A DNA stretch of 22,443 bases from Octopus sinensis (lineage: Eukaryota): positions 1 to 22,443 of the forward strand of contig NW_021836916.1 of NCBI RefSeq assembly GCF_006345805.1, read 5' to 3'. This document shows, piece by piece, positions 10,979 to 21,000 of the stretch. The position numbers were made by a program, and so were the translations under genes. How positions within the stretch are numbered: position 1 is the stretch's first letter; the number at the start of each line of letters is the position of its first letter. The notes below the pieces were generated by a model, which was not told the origin of the DNA, did not search any database, and worked only from the letters and a program-made list of their open reading frames with translations.

Positions 10979-11064
10979 TAGAGCGATGGGTGTATAGGGA
11001 TGGAATAGGTATGAGAGGATGTTCAAATATATACATTTGCTACGTAAACACACGTAAGATTTTC

Positions 11065-11471
11065 TCACCATCTCCCTCTCTGTCTCTCTCTCTGTCTCTC
11101 TCTCTCTCTCTCTACTTCTCTCTGTCTCTCTTTCTCTCTTTCCGCGTGTTTTCCTCGAATATATTTACACATGCACACACACAAATAAGTAAATACATGA
11201 GCTTGTATGTGTGTGTGTGTGTGAATATGTGTTCACAAGCGTGTATGTATGTACGTATGAGCGTGTGTTTGTGTGCACGTATATATATATATATATATAT
11301 CATGTGTATATATATATACATATATCATGTGTATATATATATATATACATATATATACATACACACACACACATATATACACACACACAAGGCACGAACA
11401 TACGATACACTCAGACATACTTATTGGCATACGCATCTATTCATCTATTACATACGTGTGAATATCGATAA

Positions 11472-11513
<42 letters not shown>

Positions 11514-11579
11514 TCGTATATCCATACATATACGTACATACATACATATATATATGTATGTATATGTATGCATGTACAA

Positions 11580-11633
<54 letters not shown>

Positions 11634-11660
11634 TATGTATAAGTATATATATAATATATA
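11065..11660. repeat. Compound microsatellite block (TC, TG, TA, CA, GATA)
   Basis: Directly visible. Confidence 0.9.
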
Positions 11661-12043
11661 TCTCTATATAAACGGCAGTTTGTCTGTGCGTGTTTCTGTG
11701 TGTCTGTTTGCTTGTACCCTCACCCTGACCACGGCTTTCAACCGATTCTGATGAAACTTGACACACCATAGCCCAATGTCATAATTCAAACTAAACGCAG
11801 CGAAAATTTTGAAAACTTCCCCCAGTTTCTGAAAAAAATCGATAAATTTCGACATGGGGTCGAGAATCAGAAACACGAACCACAAACTGTCATGGGGACG
11901 CAACTCCAACCTTTTTTAAATCTCAAAAAAAAATTTACCATCATTTTTTTCCCTTTTTTTGCTGTTTTTTGGCTATAACTCTCTAAAAATGATTTATAGT
12001 TATTTCCCTTACAAACCTGAGCAACGCCGGGCGATACTGCTAG
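11661..12043 (+). mobile_element. Complete non-autonomous Helitron (383 bp)
   Basis: Sits between A (11660) and T (12044). 5' TC(TCTATATAAACGGCAG), then CTGT-rich tract and AACCGATT..TGAAACTTG. 3' subterminal hairpin CCTGAGCAACGCCGGG (12016-12031), ending in CTAG (12040-12043). These are the canonical Helitron hallmarks. Confidence 0.9.
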
Positions 12044-12326
12044 TATATATATATATGTATAAGTATATATATGTATATGCACACACACACACACACATAC
12101 ACACATAAAAACTCATGAATGGCTACATCCACATGTTTTATATCATGCTGTTACATTATCACAACCTCATACATGCAGATACACATAACATGTATACATA
12201 CATACATACATACATTCATATATATATATATATACATACATATACACATATACACACACACAGATATATGTTTCTGTGTATGTATGTGTGTATGTACGTG
12301 TGTGAGTGTCTGTGAGTGTATGTATT

Positions 12327-12360
<34 letters not shown>

Positions 12361-12395
12361 GTATGTATGTATGTATGTATGTATGTATGTATGTA
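12044..12395. repeat. Compound TA/CA/TACA/TATG microsatellites
   Basis: Directly visible, with a short unique interruption. Confidence 0.85.
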
Positions 12396-12735
12396 CCTTC
12401 ATACTCTGTATTCTCTGCTAACGAACAATTTCTAAGCGATATATAATATGAGATTTACTCCGTATAGGTGATAACTGGAAAGTGTGCAAGCCACACGATA
12501 CCGTGAAGTAACTTCGCGTCTCGAACGATATCCACTTTTCCACTAGAAGCTCTCAAATTATGGAGAAAATGGCTGCCGTTTAAGTGTCATGGCAGCCATA
12601 CTTGTAGCACCCATTCAGCTATTCTGAAGACCTGTCGTGAAACATTAGAAATGATGTGTTAGTAAAATCTAACTAGCAACTCCTTTCCTTATAATGCACT
12701 GTAACCATCTAGCTCGATATGAGAGACGTATCGAA

Positions 12736-12737
<2 letters not shown>

Positions 12738-12815
<78 letters not shown>

Positions 12816-12879
12816 GTCTAGCTGTCTATCTATCTATCTATCTATCTATCTATCATCTATCTATCTATCTATCTATCTA

Positions 12880-12977
<98 letters not shown>

Positions 12978-13002
12978 ATATATATATATATATATATATC
13001 TA

Positions 13003-13067
<65 letters not shown>

Positions 13068-13199
13068 GCCTGTCTGTTATTCTGTCTGTCTGTTATTCTG
13101 TCTGTCTGTCTGTCTTCTGAAAGGTTGTCTGTGTATCTATCTATCTATTTATCTCTCTGTCGGTCTGTCTGAAAGGTTGTTTGTCTGTTCATCTACCTA

Positions 13200-13235
<36 letters not shown>

Positions 13236-13255
13236 CTTATCTATTTATCTATCTT
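12738..13255. repeat. (TCTA)n/(TA)n/(TCTG)n compound microsatellite
   Basis: Directly visible. Confidence 0.95.
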
Positions 13256-13419
13256 GATATGTATTCTTCATATGTGCGTATGAGTGTGCGCGCGAGTTTG
13301 TATCAAAAAGGGTTTTTCACCTCTATCGTTACATTCTATTTATTATAAGGTGGCTTTATGCGTGCTTTGAGATCCCTTCCTCTCGAAAGATTATAAAATT
13401 CTCATGACGTCAACGACCC

Positions 13420-13585
13420 ACGTGCGCGCACACACACACACACACATTTACATATGTATGTAAATACATACATGCATACACACACACCATCCGCCCGAAC
13501 GCACTAACGCACATATACATACACGAGCACATACACACATACACACATACACACATACACCCATACACACATATACAAACGTATA
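13420..13585. repeat. (CA)n-rich repeat
   Basis: Directly visible. Confidence 0.9.
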
Positions 13586-13814
13586 CCGACATTTATGATA
13601 TCGACTGACGAGTTGAATAGTCGCTGAAACTCGTAGATGTCCCGCGAGGTAACTTCCCGTAAATATCCTATAATTTTTATGATGTCAATTCTTCCCGTGT
13701 ATGTTTAATTCATATAAAATCATAGCACCTTTATTTGTTCAGACGTTGTGCACTCACGAGGATTCAAATATCTTGCATAGATGAACCAAATTTGTTTCGC
13801 TTCAGTTCATGCTT

Positions 13815-14079
13815 CTGTCTGTCTATCTTCTTTCTCTCTCTCTCACTTTCTCTTTCTCTCTCTCTTACTCTCTCCCTCCCCCTCTCTCTCTTTATATATA
13901 TACATATATAGAAGGACATATATATATATATATAAGTATATCTGTATATGTGCGTGTATGTGCGTGTGTGTGCGCGCGTGCGCATTTATTTGTGAGTTCA
14001 TATATAAGTTTGCATATATGTATATATATATATATATATATTTGAACACATACGCACATGTATATACACACAAATAGAT

Positions 14080-14159
<80 letters not shown>

Positions 14160-14264
14160 AGAGAGAGAGAAAAAAGACAGTAAGAAAGAAAGAAATATAG
14201 GTAGACAGACAGGCAGACAGGCAGACAGGCAGACAGGCAGACAGACAGACAGACAGGCAGACAT

Positions 14265-14337
<73 letters not shown>

Positions 14338-14375
14338 GGACAGACAGACGGACAAATAGATAGATTGATAGATTG
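13815..14375. repeat. Compound TC, TA, TG, GA, CAGA/CAGG, GATA microsatellites
   Basis: Directly visible. Confidence 0.92.
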
Positions 14376-14972
14376 AAATTTGCTTATATTATCAAACAAT
14401 GACAATCTATTTGGGTTTCTTCTGTGACTATATATGTATTAGATAATATCTATTTACACATATACGCATGCGTGCTCACACACGCACTTACACTCTCACA
14501 TATACACACACACACACGAGCACATTCAAACATACATTTGTATCTATCTACATGAATGTACGTATGTATATAAATACCTACATACATATATACATCCATA
14601 TGTACGTTCGTACATATGTACGTATGTACGTTCGTACGTACGCACGTACATCCTCACACATAGATAAAAACACACGCTCAACGCGTTAAACTAAACTACA
14701 CTGCATAACAACACAAGACCTTTCGCCTGATTGGCCAATATTCGCACAGCAACACTGTACAAACTTTCCTAATGTAACACAATATAACCAATCATACTTG
14801 ACGTCATGGAGTGTGGTCGTGATACATCCTATGTCATTCAACATTTGCACCCGTTCCCCTTTGTAGTTTGCAAACCGCCGATGTTTACTGTCGAACAGTG
14901 AAGGCCATTCGCACAAAATCTCTAGTTATTGCTTTCTAATTCTATTATTCTGTTATTCTATTCAGTTATTGC

Positions 14973-15008
14973 TTTCATCCAGTGACACAGGCCATGCCGG
15001 GGCACTGC
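14973..15008 (-). mobile_element. Short decayed SINE 3' fragment
   Basis: TTTCATCCAGTGACACAGGCCATGCCGGGGCACTGC resembles TTTCATTCATTTGACTGCGGCCATGCTGGGGCACCGC of the SINE copy at 21712-22140. Confidence 0.5.
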
Positions 15009-15047
15009 TATAAGAGTTGAGGATTTAAATTTTTTTTCTTATTTTAG

Positions 15048-15083
15048 GCAAACTTTCCGGTCCTGTCTCTGCGATCGGTTCTG
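15048..15083 (+). CDS. Candidate 36-nt internal exon of an unidentified host gene
   Basis: Polypyrimidine tract and AG (TTTTTTTTCTTATTTTAG, 15046-15047), 36 nt stop-free in all three frames, then G|GTGAGT donor at 15084. No homology recognised. Confidence 0.4.
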
Positions 15084-15838
15084 GTGAGTTAGTGAGTCGA
15101 AACTAGCTGATTTTGTTTGCGTTTCCAGTTGCAATAAGTGTCCCTTTGTTATATCAGTTACAAACTGTCTCATTTTTCTTTGAAAACATTCACATTTACA
15201 TCTCGAAAATCTCTAAGGTTTTTTGGCTAAGTACTGAAAAGTTGATGGCCTTTGAACCTTAAGCTTTAAAAGTATTGGTTACTTACTCTAGATGGAAGGG
15301 GCAGGAACTTTGTTACTCTGCTGTGGTGTCCTATCCGATAATTGGTATAGCTCTCAATCTCTGCTTAGTTTATTTATTTCGTAATTAATTAATTAATTAA
15401 TTAATTTGTTTATTTATTTATTTTCGTCTAGGACGAAGGTAGTACCAACGACTCTTTACAAGGCTTCCGAATTTGGAATAAGGAAATTGTAGTGTTATTG
15501 TCAGTCCAAATAAGCTCGATGGACATTCGAACTGGGAAACAAGCTAATCACTCCGTTTTGTCATGGAGAATTCATCTCACTTGTTGACAGCTCGCAGCGC
15601 CATCTACCTAGACTAGTGGATGTTAACATTTCGGAGTAATTATCCCCTCATTAGTCACAGACACTAAGCAGACGTCACTGCCAACTGAATTAAGAGATTG
15701 ACTCTCTTATGCTTTTCCATTCACCGTACTGGAATAGCATTGCATTTTCACCGGAATGAGGAAAGTTAATCTCAAATCAGGCTTATGTCATATACTGCAA
15801 TTTTCACTAATGAAAGAACACATTGAATTAATGCAGAC

Positions 15839-15943
15839 CAGTGGTTCTCAACCATTTTTTAAATATATCTATGGATACTTTTAATTACGTTTCTATTCTG
15901 GTACCCAACCCCGAGCCATTCGATGTTTATAAACTAGTTTTAT
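15839..15943 (+). mobile_element. hAT (Charlie-type) MITE left end, cut by a SINE
   Basis: CAGTGGTTCTCAACC is a Charlie-type TIR start. No right TIR is visible. Confidence 0.55.
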
Positions 15944-16100
15944 AGAGTGGCTGTGTGGTAAGTAGCTTGCTAACTAACTACGTGGTTCCAGGTTCAATCC
16001 CAATGCGTGGCACCTTGGGCAAGTGTCTTCCACTATAGCCTCGGGCCGACCAAAGCCTTGTGAGTGGATTTGGTAGACGGAAACTGAAAGAAGCCCGTCG

Positions 16101-16163
<63 letters not shown>

Positions 16164-16385
16164 AAATGTTTGCGTGTTTGTGTTTGTCTCCCTCCAACAG
16201 CGCTTGAGAACCGATGCTGGTGTGTTTACGTCTCCATCACTTAGCGGTTCGGCAACAGAGACCGATAGAATAAATACTAGGCTTTCAAAGAATAAGTCCT
16301 GGGGTCGATTTGCTCGACTACAAGGCAGTGCTCCAGCATGGCCGCAGTCAAATGACTGAAACAAAGAAAAGAAAAGAAAAGAATA
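15944..16385 (+). mobile_element. Near full-length tRNA-derived SINE (octopus family, CORE-like)
   Basis: A box TGGCTGTGTGG (15948-15958), B box GGTTCAATCCC (15991-16001), CORE-like CCTTGGGCAAG, internal (TA)n(TG)n tract, 3' half ending GCTCCAGCATGGCCGCAGTCAAATGACTGAAAC and a (GAAAA)n tail. An inverted copy lies at 21712-22140. Confidence 0.92.
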
Positions 16386-16537
16386 CTTTCAAAATTCCTA
16401 TTTTGTTTTTCATCCATTCCCTTGTAGTAGGTTTACCATAGCATTCTCCGAGAGAACATGTTTATGGTTACAGAAACATGTTGACCTATGCTAAGCATTA
16501 GAGAAAGACACCCAGGTTTTTTCTAGCAATAAAAACG

Positions 16538-17120
16538 TCAAAAGCAAAACTTTTTCATAGACCTTAAAAACGCTACTATGAATCCCCAATCTACTATTTT
16601 GCTTTTGAAGGCGCCCCCCACCGGCCACCAAAAAGAGAAAATTTTATATGAACCCCCAGCGATCATATGGACCCTTGTTAAGGAACAGTGGTGTAAAACT
16701 TCATATTCTTTCAAAACTGGAACGTTTGTTTTTTCGGAGGTGTGTTTCATCGTGATTGGTCCTGAGGCTAACAACAACAACTTATCCTTTACCCCTTCCC
16801 TCCCTGTGGAGCATAAAGTCATCGACGACTTTTCTTCCCTATTCTCGACTCTGGTTTGCCTTTTCTGCTTCTTTTCAGTTGGATCTCTACATTTTTTCAA
16901 CTTGTCCTTCTCTTTTCTTTCCTTCAGTTTCTGTGCCCAAGTGGAGACCTTCACCTCCCAGGTCTTCCTGGTTTTGAATTGTCATCGAAGCTTCTCTACA
17001 TTTGTTTTTTTGTTTTTTTTTCTAGGTGGAGGTGGTGTCCCTTTACAGATCCAATTTTATCTCTGGGAAGAAGTAGTGCCTTTATGGTCTGGACTCTATT
17101 CTTTGACCTGTCTGGCATAG
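16538..17120 (-). pseudogene. Possible decayed retroelement ORF1-like coding relic
   Basis: Purine-rich minus strand with a 138-codon K/E-rich open frame. Upstream, a shifted frame reads GTPPPPRKKNKK, recalling GPPPGNQKKNK in the ORF1 at 5568-6611. No zinc knuckle is retained. Confidence 0.3.
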
Positions 17121-17587
17121 GAATCCCTTACCAGGAGCTTGCGCTTAGAAAGCCTAGCTCAGAGGGTCATTGAGATACACGAGCAACCACATCACTACTA
17201 GGACTGGACCCTGTAATAGGCATTTAATAATAACCTACCTACATATCTACTTACATACGTAGGTACATACATACGGACACACACACACACACACGTATAC
17301 ACACACGTAAACACACACACACACACAGAGCAAGTCTATGCAAATATTTTGGGATCCCAAGTGGTTTCTGTGCCTAAATTTGCTTAGAATGAATAAAGTA
17401 TTGCACAGCTCTGTTTCCGTTTTTCAATGCAATTAGCCATAACACTAATGACACAACAGACGTTGAGATGATCAAAGACTGACAACACTTCAGTATATTT
17501 ATTTTATACAAGCTTTCCTTCTCCTAACCGGACGTTCTGACGTGAATTAAGACTCCAAGTAGTTCACTTGCTAGTTAACCCATAGCT

Positions 17588-17731
17588 GGGACCCTAAAGG
17601 GGCTACCGCTCCGGATCAGAGTAGACCTGGAAACAATAGTGCCTAAGAGGTGATTCCATACTCCTCAAAACCCTTGAATTATCGTACCAGGGACCCACTA
17701 CAGAAATGAGTTAAAACTTATATCTAGGACA
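17588..17731 (+). repeat. Decayed copy of a common interspersed repeat
   Basis: GGGACCCTAAAGGGGCTACCGCTCCGGATCAGAGTAGACCTGG resembles an octopus repeat as I recall it; unverified. Confidence 0.45.
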
Positions 17732-17829
17732 TGGAAGTATTAATCCAGTCAGAATTTTTTCTAACCCTTTTTTGCCTCTTTTTCTCTCCTTCATTATCTT
17801 TTCTCTTCTCATGCCTTTCTGCCAAAGTG

Positions 17830-18260
17830 CGTTGTTTATTGGGATGGAAAACAAAACCCATCAAAGGGCGGAGGAACTCTTGAGAGTCAACGGCCATCCA
17901 ATAAAAATCTTAAGGCTGTATCATGCGCGGGGACGTAGAAATAATCGGACTGAATACCCGATCGCGCGGTTAAACCATTGGGAGTGAAGGACTCCTAGCC
18001 TTTGTTAGGGCATCCTTCTAGGAGAAGGTAACTCAGGTAACTGGGATAATTCTGACATAAAACTTGCGGCTCAGTGGTTACCGATGATGTTGACTTGTTT
18101 TTCTTTCCGGATTATGGCTGTTGTTGCTTAGTGAGTGGGATTGACTCAGTGCACGGCCTTTCCTCACTTCAAAAAAAATCTTCTTGCACAGGCTTGCACG
18201 ATAACAACATTGATTAAGCTTCGTGCAATGGCCATACTCGATAACGAGGGGGCAGCCACC
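17830..18260 (+). mobile_element. Probable 5' region of an RTE-like LINE
   Basis: Relatively GC/CpG-rich island containing CTAGGAGAAGGTAACTC...TGACATAAAAC, a motif I associate with RTE 5' regions, plus several short hairpins. No ORF2 follows. Confidence 0.4.
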
Positions 18261-18268
18261 ATATATAT

Positions 18269-18306
<38 letters not shown>

Positions 18307-18310
18307 ATAC

Positions 18311-18362
<52 letters not shown>

Positions 18363-18395
18363 TATATATATATACATTTGTATATGTACGTATGT
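18261..18395. repeat. (TA)n microsatellite
   Basis: Directly visible. Confidence 0.95.
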
Positions 18396-18512
18396 GTATG
18401 TATTTGTCCCCCCAACATCTCTTGACAACCGATGTTGGTGTGTTTACGTTCCCGTAACTGGCGGTGCTCCAGCATGGCCACAGTCAATTGAAACAGGTAA
18501 AAGAATAAAACA
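18396..18512 (+). mobile_element. SINE 3' half with an internal deletion
   Basis: TTTGTCCCCCCAACATCTCTTGACAACCGATGTTGGTGTGTTTACG joins directly to GGCGGTGCTCCAGCATGGCCACAGTC. The segment present at ~16240-16325 is missing. Confidence 0.85.
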
Positions 18513-18929
18513 ATAGAAGAATGTATATATGTGTGTGTGTGTATGTACACACATACACACGCACTTATGTATATATGTGCATGCATGTATTTATGAATGT
18601 ATATATATATATATATTGATATTTATCATTGTTTGATTTCACTTTTTCAATATCAGCGACAGTGGACGCTGGAAAAAGTATAAGTATTTGTGAAGGAAAT
18701 CTAATTCTCGGCGACAACTATGATTGTCACACGCTGACGAGAGGTCAATACCTCGAAACTCGAGTCCGTGTGTATCATAAGTTGAAGACGGGAAGGTTGA
18801 CTTCCCTTTGCAAATACTGACAGGACGCAGAAAGTGTGTCTATGGCCAGCTGGAGGAGTGTGTCCTCCTGGGGCTAAAAACTACAGTAGCATCCACCCTT
18901 AGGGGTTAGCCATATTGAAATGGCAAAAA

Positions 18930-18933
18930 TACG

Positions 18934-18973
<40 letters not shown>

Positions 18974-19076
18974 TTTATAACTCACATACAAACGCACAAA
19001 TATATATACTCATACTCACAAACATGTACACCCAGCCACACGTGCAGTCAAACACACGCACACACGCACCACGCAC

Positions 19077-19119
<43 letters not shown>

Positions 19120-19130
19120 CACAAGCACGC
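18930..19130. repeat. (TA)n and (CA)n-rich repeats
   Basis: Directly visible. Confidence 0.9.
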
Positions 19131-19294
19131 AAATAGCATAAGTTAGTCATATCGTGTCATATGTTAGTTTTGCTCCAGTTCCTCACGTGATGTGTAACCT
19201 GTCGACCTCATTTCTTAGAGGGAAATGAGGCAAGGGTGAAGGTGATGGGGTGTCAAGTGTGAAATTAATGGGTGGGGGGGGTTGGAAGAAGAGG

Positions 19295-19700
19295 AAGTAG
19301 TAGTATTGATGGTAGTGGTTGTTGTTGTGATGGTTGAGGTGGTAGTGGTGTTTATGGAACTGATGATGGCAGGCGTAGTTATTGTATTGGTGGCAGCATC
19401 AGTGTTGTTGTTGTTGTGGTGGTGATGGTTGTGGTGGTGGTGGTGGTTGTGGTGGTATTGGTCTCCAATGACAGTAGTAGTAGTAATAGTAGTAGCATTA
19501 GTAGTATCATCAACAGGAACAGCAACAGCAGCAGCAGCAGTATTTGTGGTAATAGTAGTTGTGTTGGTTACGGTGATGGTAGTGGTGGTAGTGATGGCGT
19601 GGTGATGGTAAGGTGTTTGTGGTAGAGGGGATGACAGTAGCTATAAGAGTAGTAGCAGCAGTAGAGGCAGCAGCAGCAGCAGTAGTAGCAGTAGTAGTAT

Positions 19701-19736
<36 letters not shown>

Positions 19737-19742
19737 TAGTAT

Positions 19743-19781
<39 letters not shown>

Positions 19782-20199
19782 CAGCAGCAGCAGTGGTGGT
19801 TGTTGTGGTGCAAGTAGCGTTTATGAAATGGTGATGAATAGCGTTTATGGTACCAGAGATATTGGAGATGGTGGTGGCGGTGGCGGCGGTGGCGTTGTTG
19901 TTGTTGGTGGTGGTGGTGGTGCAAGTGATATTGTTGTTGTTGTTGTTGTTATTGGTGGTGGTGTGGTAATGGTAGTTGCGGTTGTAGTTGCTGCAGAAGT
20001 GGTGATATGCTCCATATTGCAGTGACAGTTGTCATTAGCTGTTAGCTATGATGGCGGAGGCGGTGGCGGTGGCGGTGACGGTGTCGGTATTGGTGTTGCT
20101 TACAGTGGTGATGGTGCTGATGATGTCAGCAGGGTTGGTGCTTGTGTTACTGATGGAGATAGCAGCAACATTTGAATTTAACTGTTATGGTGTTGTTGT

Positions 20200-20232
<33 letters not shown>
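19295..20232. repeat. GGT/GTA/GTT/GCA compound trinucleotide array
   Basis: Directly visible. Confidence 0.95.
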
Positions 20233-20377
20233 CTGCTAATGGCGGTAATTACCAAGATAACGATTTTAGAGGTATGTCTTGGTGTACTTTATGACGTCAT
20301 GCCATCATTCTACGCGAAAAATGATCCTCCGGAAGAGACCACTTATTTGTTATTGTTCTTGTTGTATTGTTGTTGTG

Positions 20378-20590
20378 GTTTAACCCTAGGTTGATCCTGT
20401 CCTTGCAGATCGATAGTAAGACCATTCCAACAACGACCATTCCGTCTACGTGCAACTAACCCAGAAGAACTTCAAATCATATCCAAAAGTTGTACTTTTT
20501 CTAAGACGGCGGGGGAACCGACATGAGGGAGTTTAGACTGATATTTCTAGCAGATCAAGTGACCTGGTAGAAGCTCTATCGTTGGCTCAC
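20378..20590 (+). repeat. Decayed copy of a common interspersed repeat
   Basis: GTTTAACCCTAGGT...GAGGGAGTTTAGACTGATATTTCTAGCAG...CGTTGGCTC matches my recall of a frequent octopus repeat; unverified. Confidence 0.45.
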
Positions 20591-20651
20591 GTCATCTTGA
20601 TCTTGATCGTTGCTCAGAGCATTCTCGAGAACATTGTCGCTCATACACGTA

Positions 20652-20830
20652 TCTAATCTATTATATAAAATCCGTTCTGTCTGTCTGTGTGTGTGTGTCT
20701 TCTAGGATCTCGGGCATCCTCCATCCGATTGCGCTCAAATTTGATATTTAGATACCGACGGTATCAGGGCATGTATAAATTTTGAAAAAATTACAAAAAT
20801 CGATTCCAGGTGAGAATGCGATCGATAAAG
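20652..20830 (+). mobile_element. 5' portion of a second non-autonomous Helitron family
   Basis: A|TCTAATCTATTATATAAAA, then (CTGT)n(GT)n, then ATCCGATTGCGCTCAAATTTG: the same layout as the Helitron at 11661. No hairpin plus CTRR 3' end was found, so the end coordinate is approximate. Confidence 0.65.
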
Positions 20831-21000
20831 CCGTGGGAATGTGCATTTGTACGAGCAAGTACATCAGCTGTTGTGATGTACTTACTGGTACTTTAAACTT
20901 TTCGGTTGCATATTTGTGAGAATAAAATCGTTTTTCTTTGGAATAGAAAAAGGTCTATCTTTATTTCTTCTTTTGCTGGTGTCTCAAATTTAGGTTAAAT

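Noticed and set aside
7220-11071. Series of poly-Val/Gly ORFs resembling a family of glycine-rich or membrane peptides
   Set aside because: They arise from the GGT periodicity of the satellite; each start comes from the repeated CCATTTACC motif, and there is no splice or promoter context.
14686-14916. 76-aa minus-strand ORF in unique sequence
   Set aside because: Non-ATG start, no recognisable domain, and a length expected by chance.
15384-15406. (TAAT)n self-complementary tract
   Set aside because: An ordinary tetranucleotide microsatellite.
15431-15590. Acceptor-like TTTTCGTCTAG followed by a ~50-codon open frame
   Set aside because: No convincing donor before the stop and no recognisable peptide.
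15944-16010. tRNA gene
   Set aside because: A and B boxes are present, but the sequence continues into SINE body and a second copy exists; it is a tRNA-derived SINE head.
17975-18040. HDV-like ribozyme in the putative RTE leader
   Set aside because: No nested double pseudoknot could be fitted, and the position after the last hairpin reads TAA, with no catalytic C.
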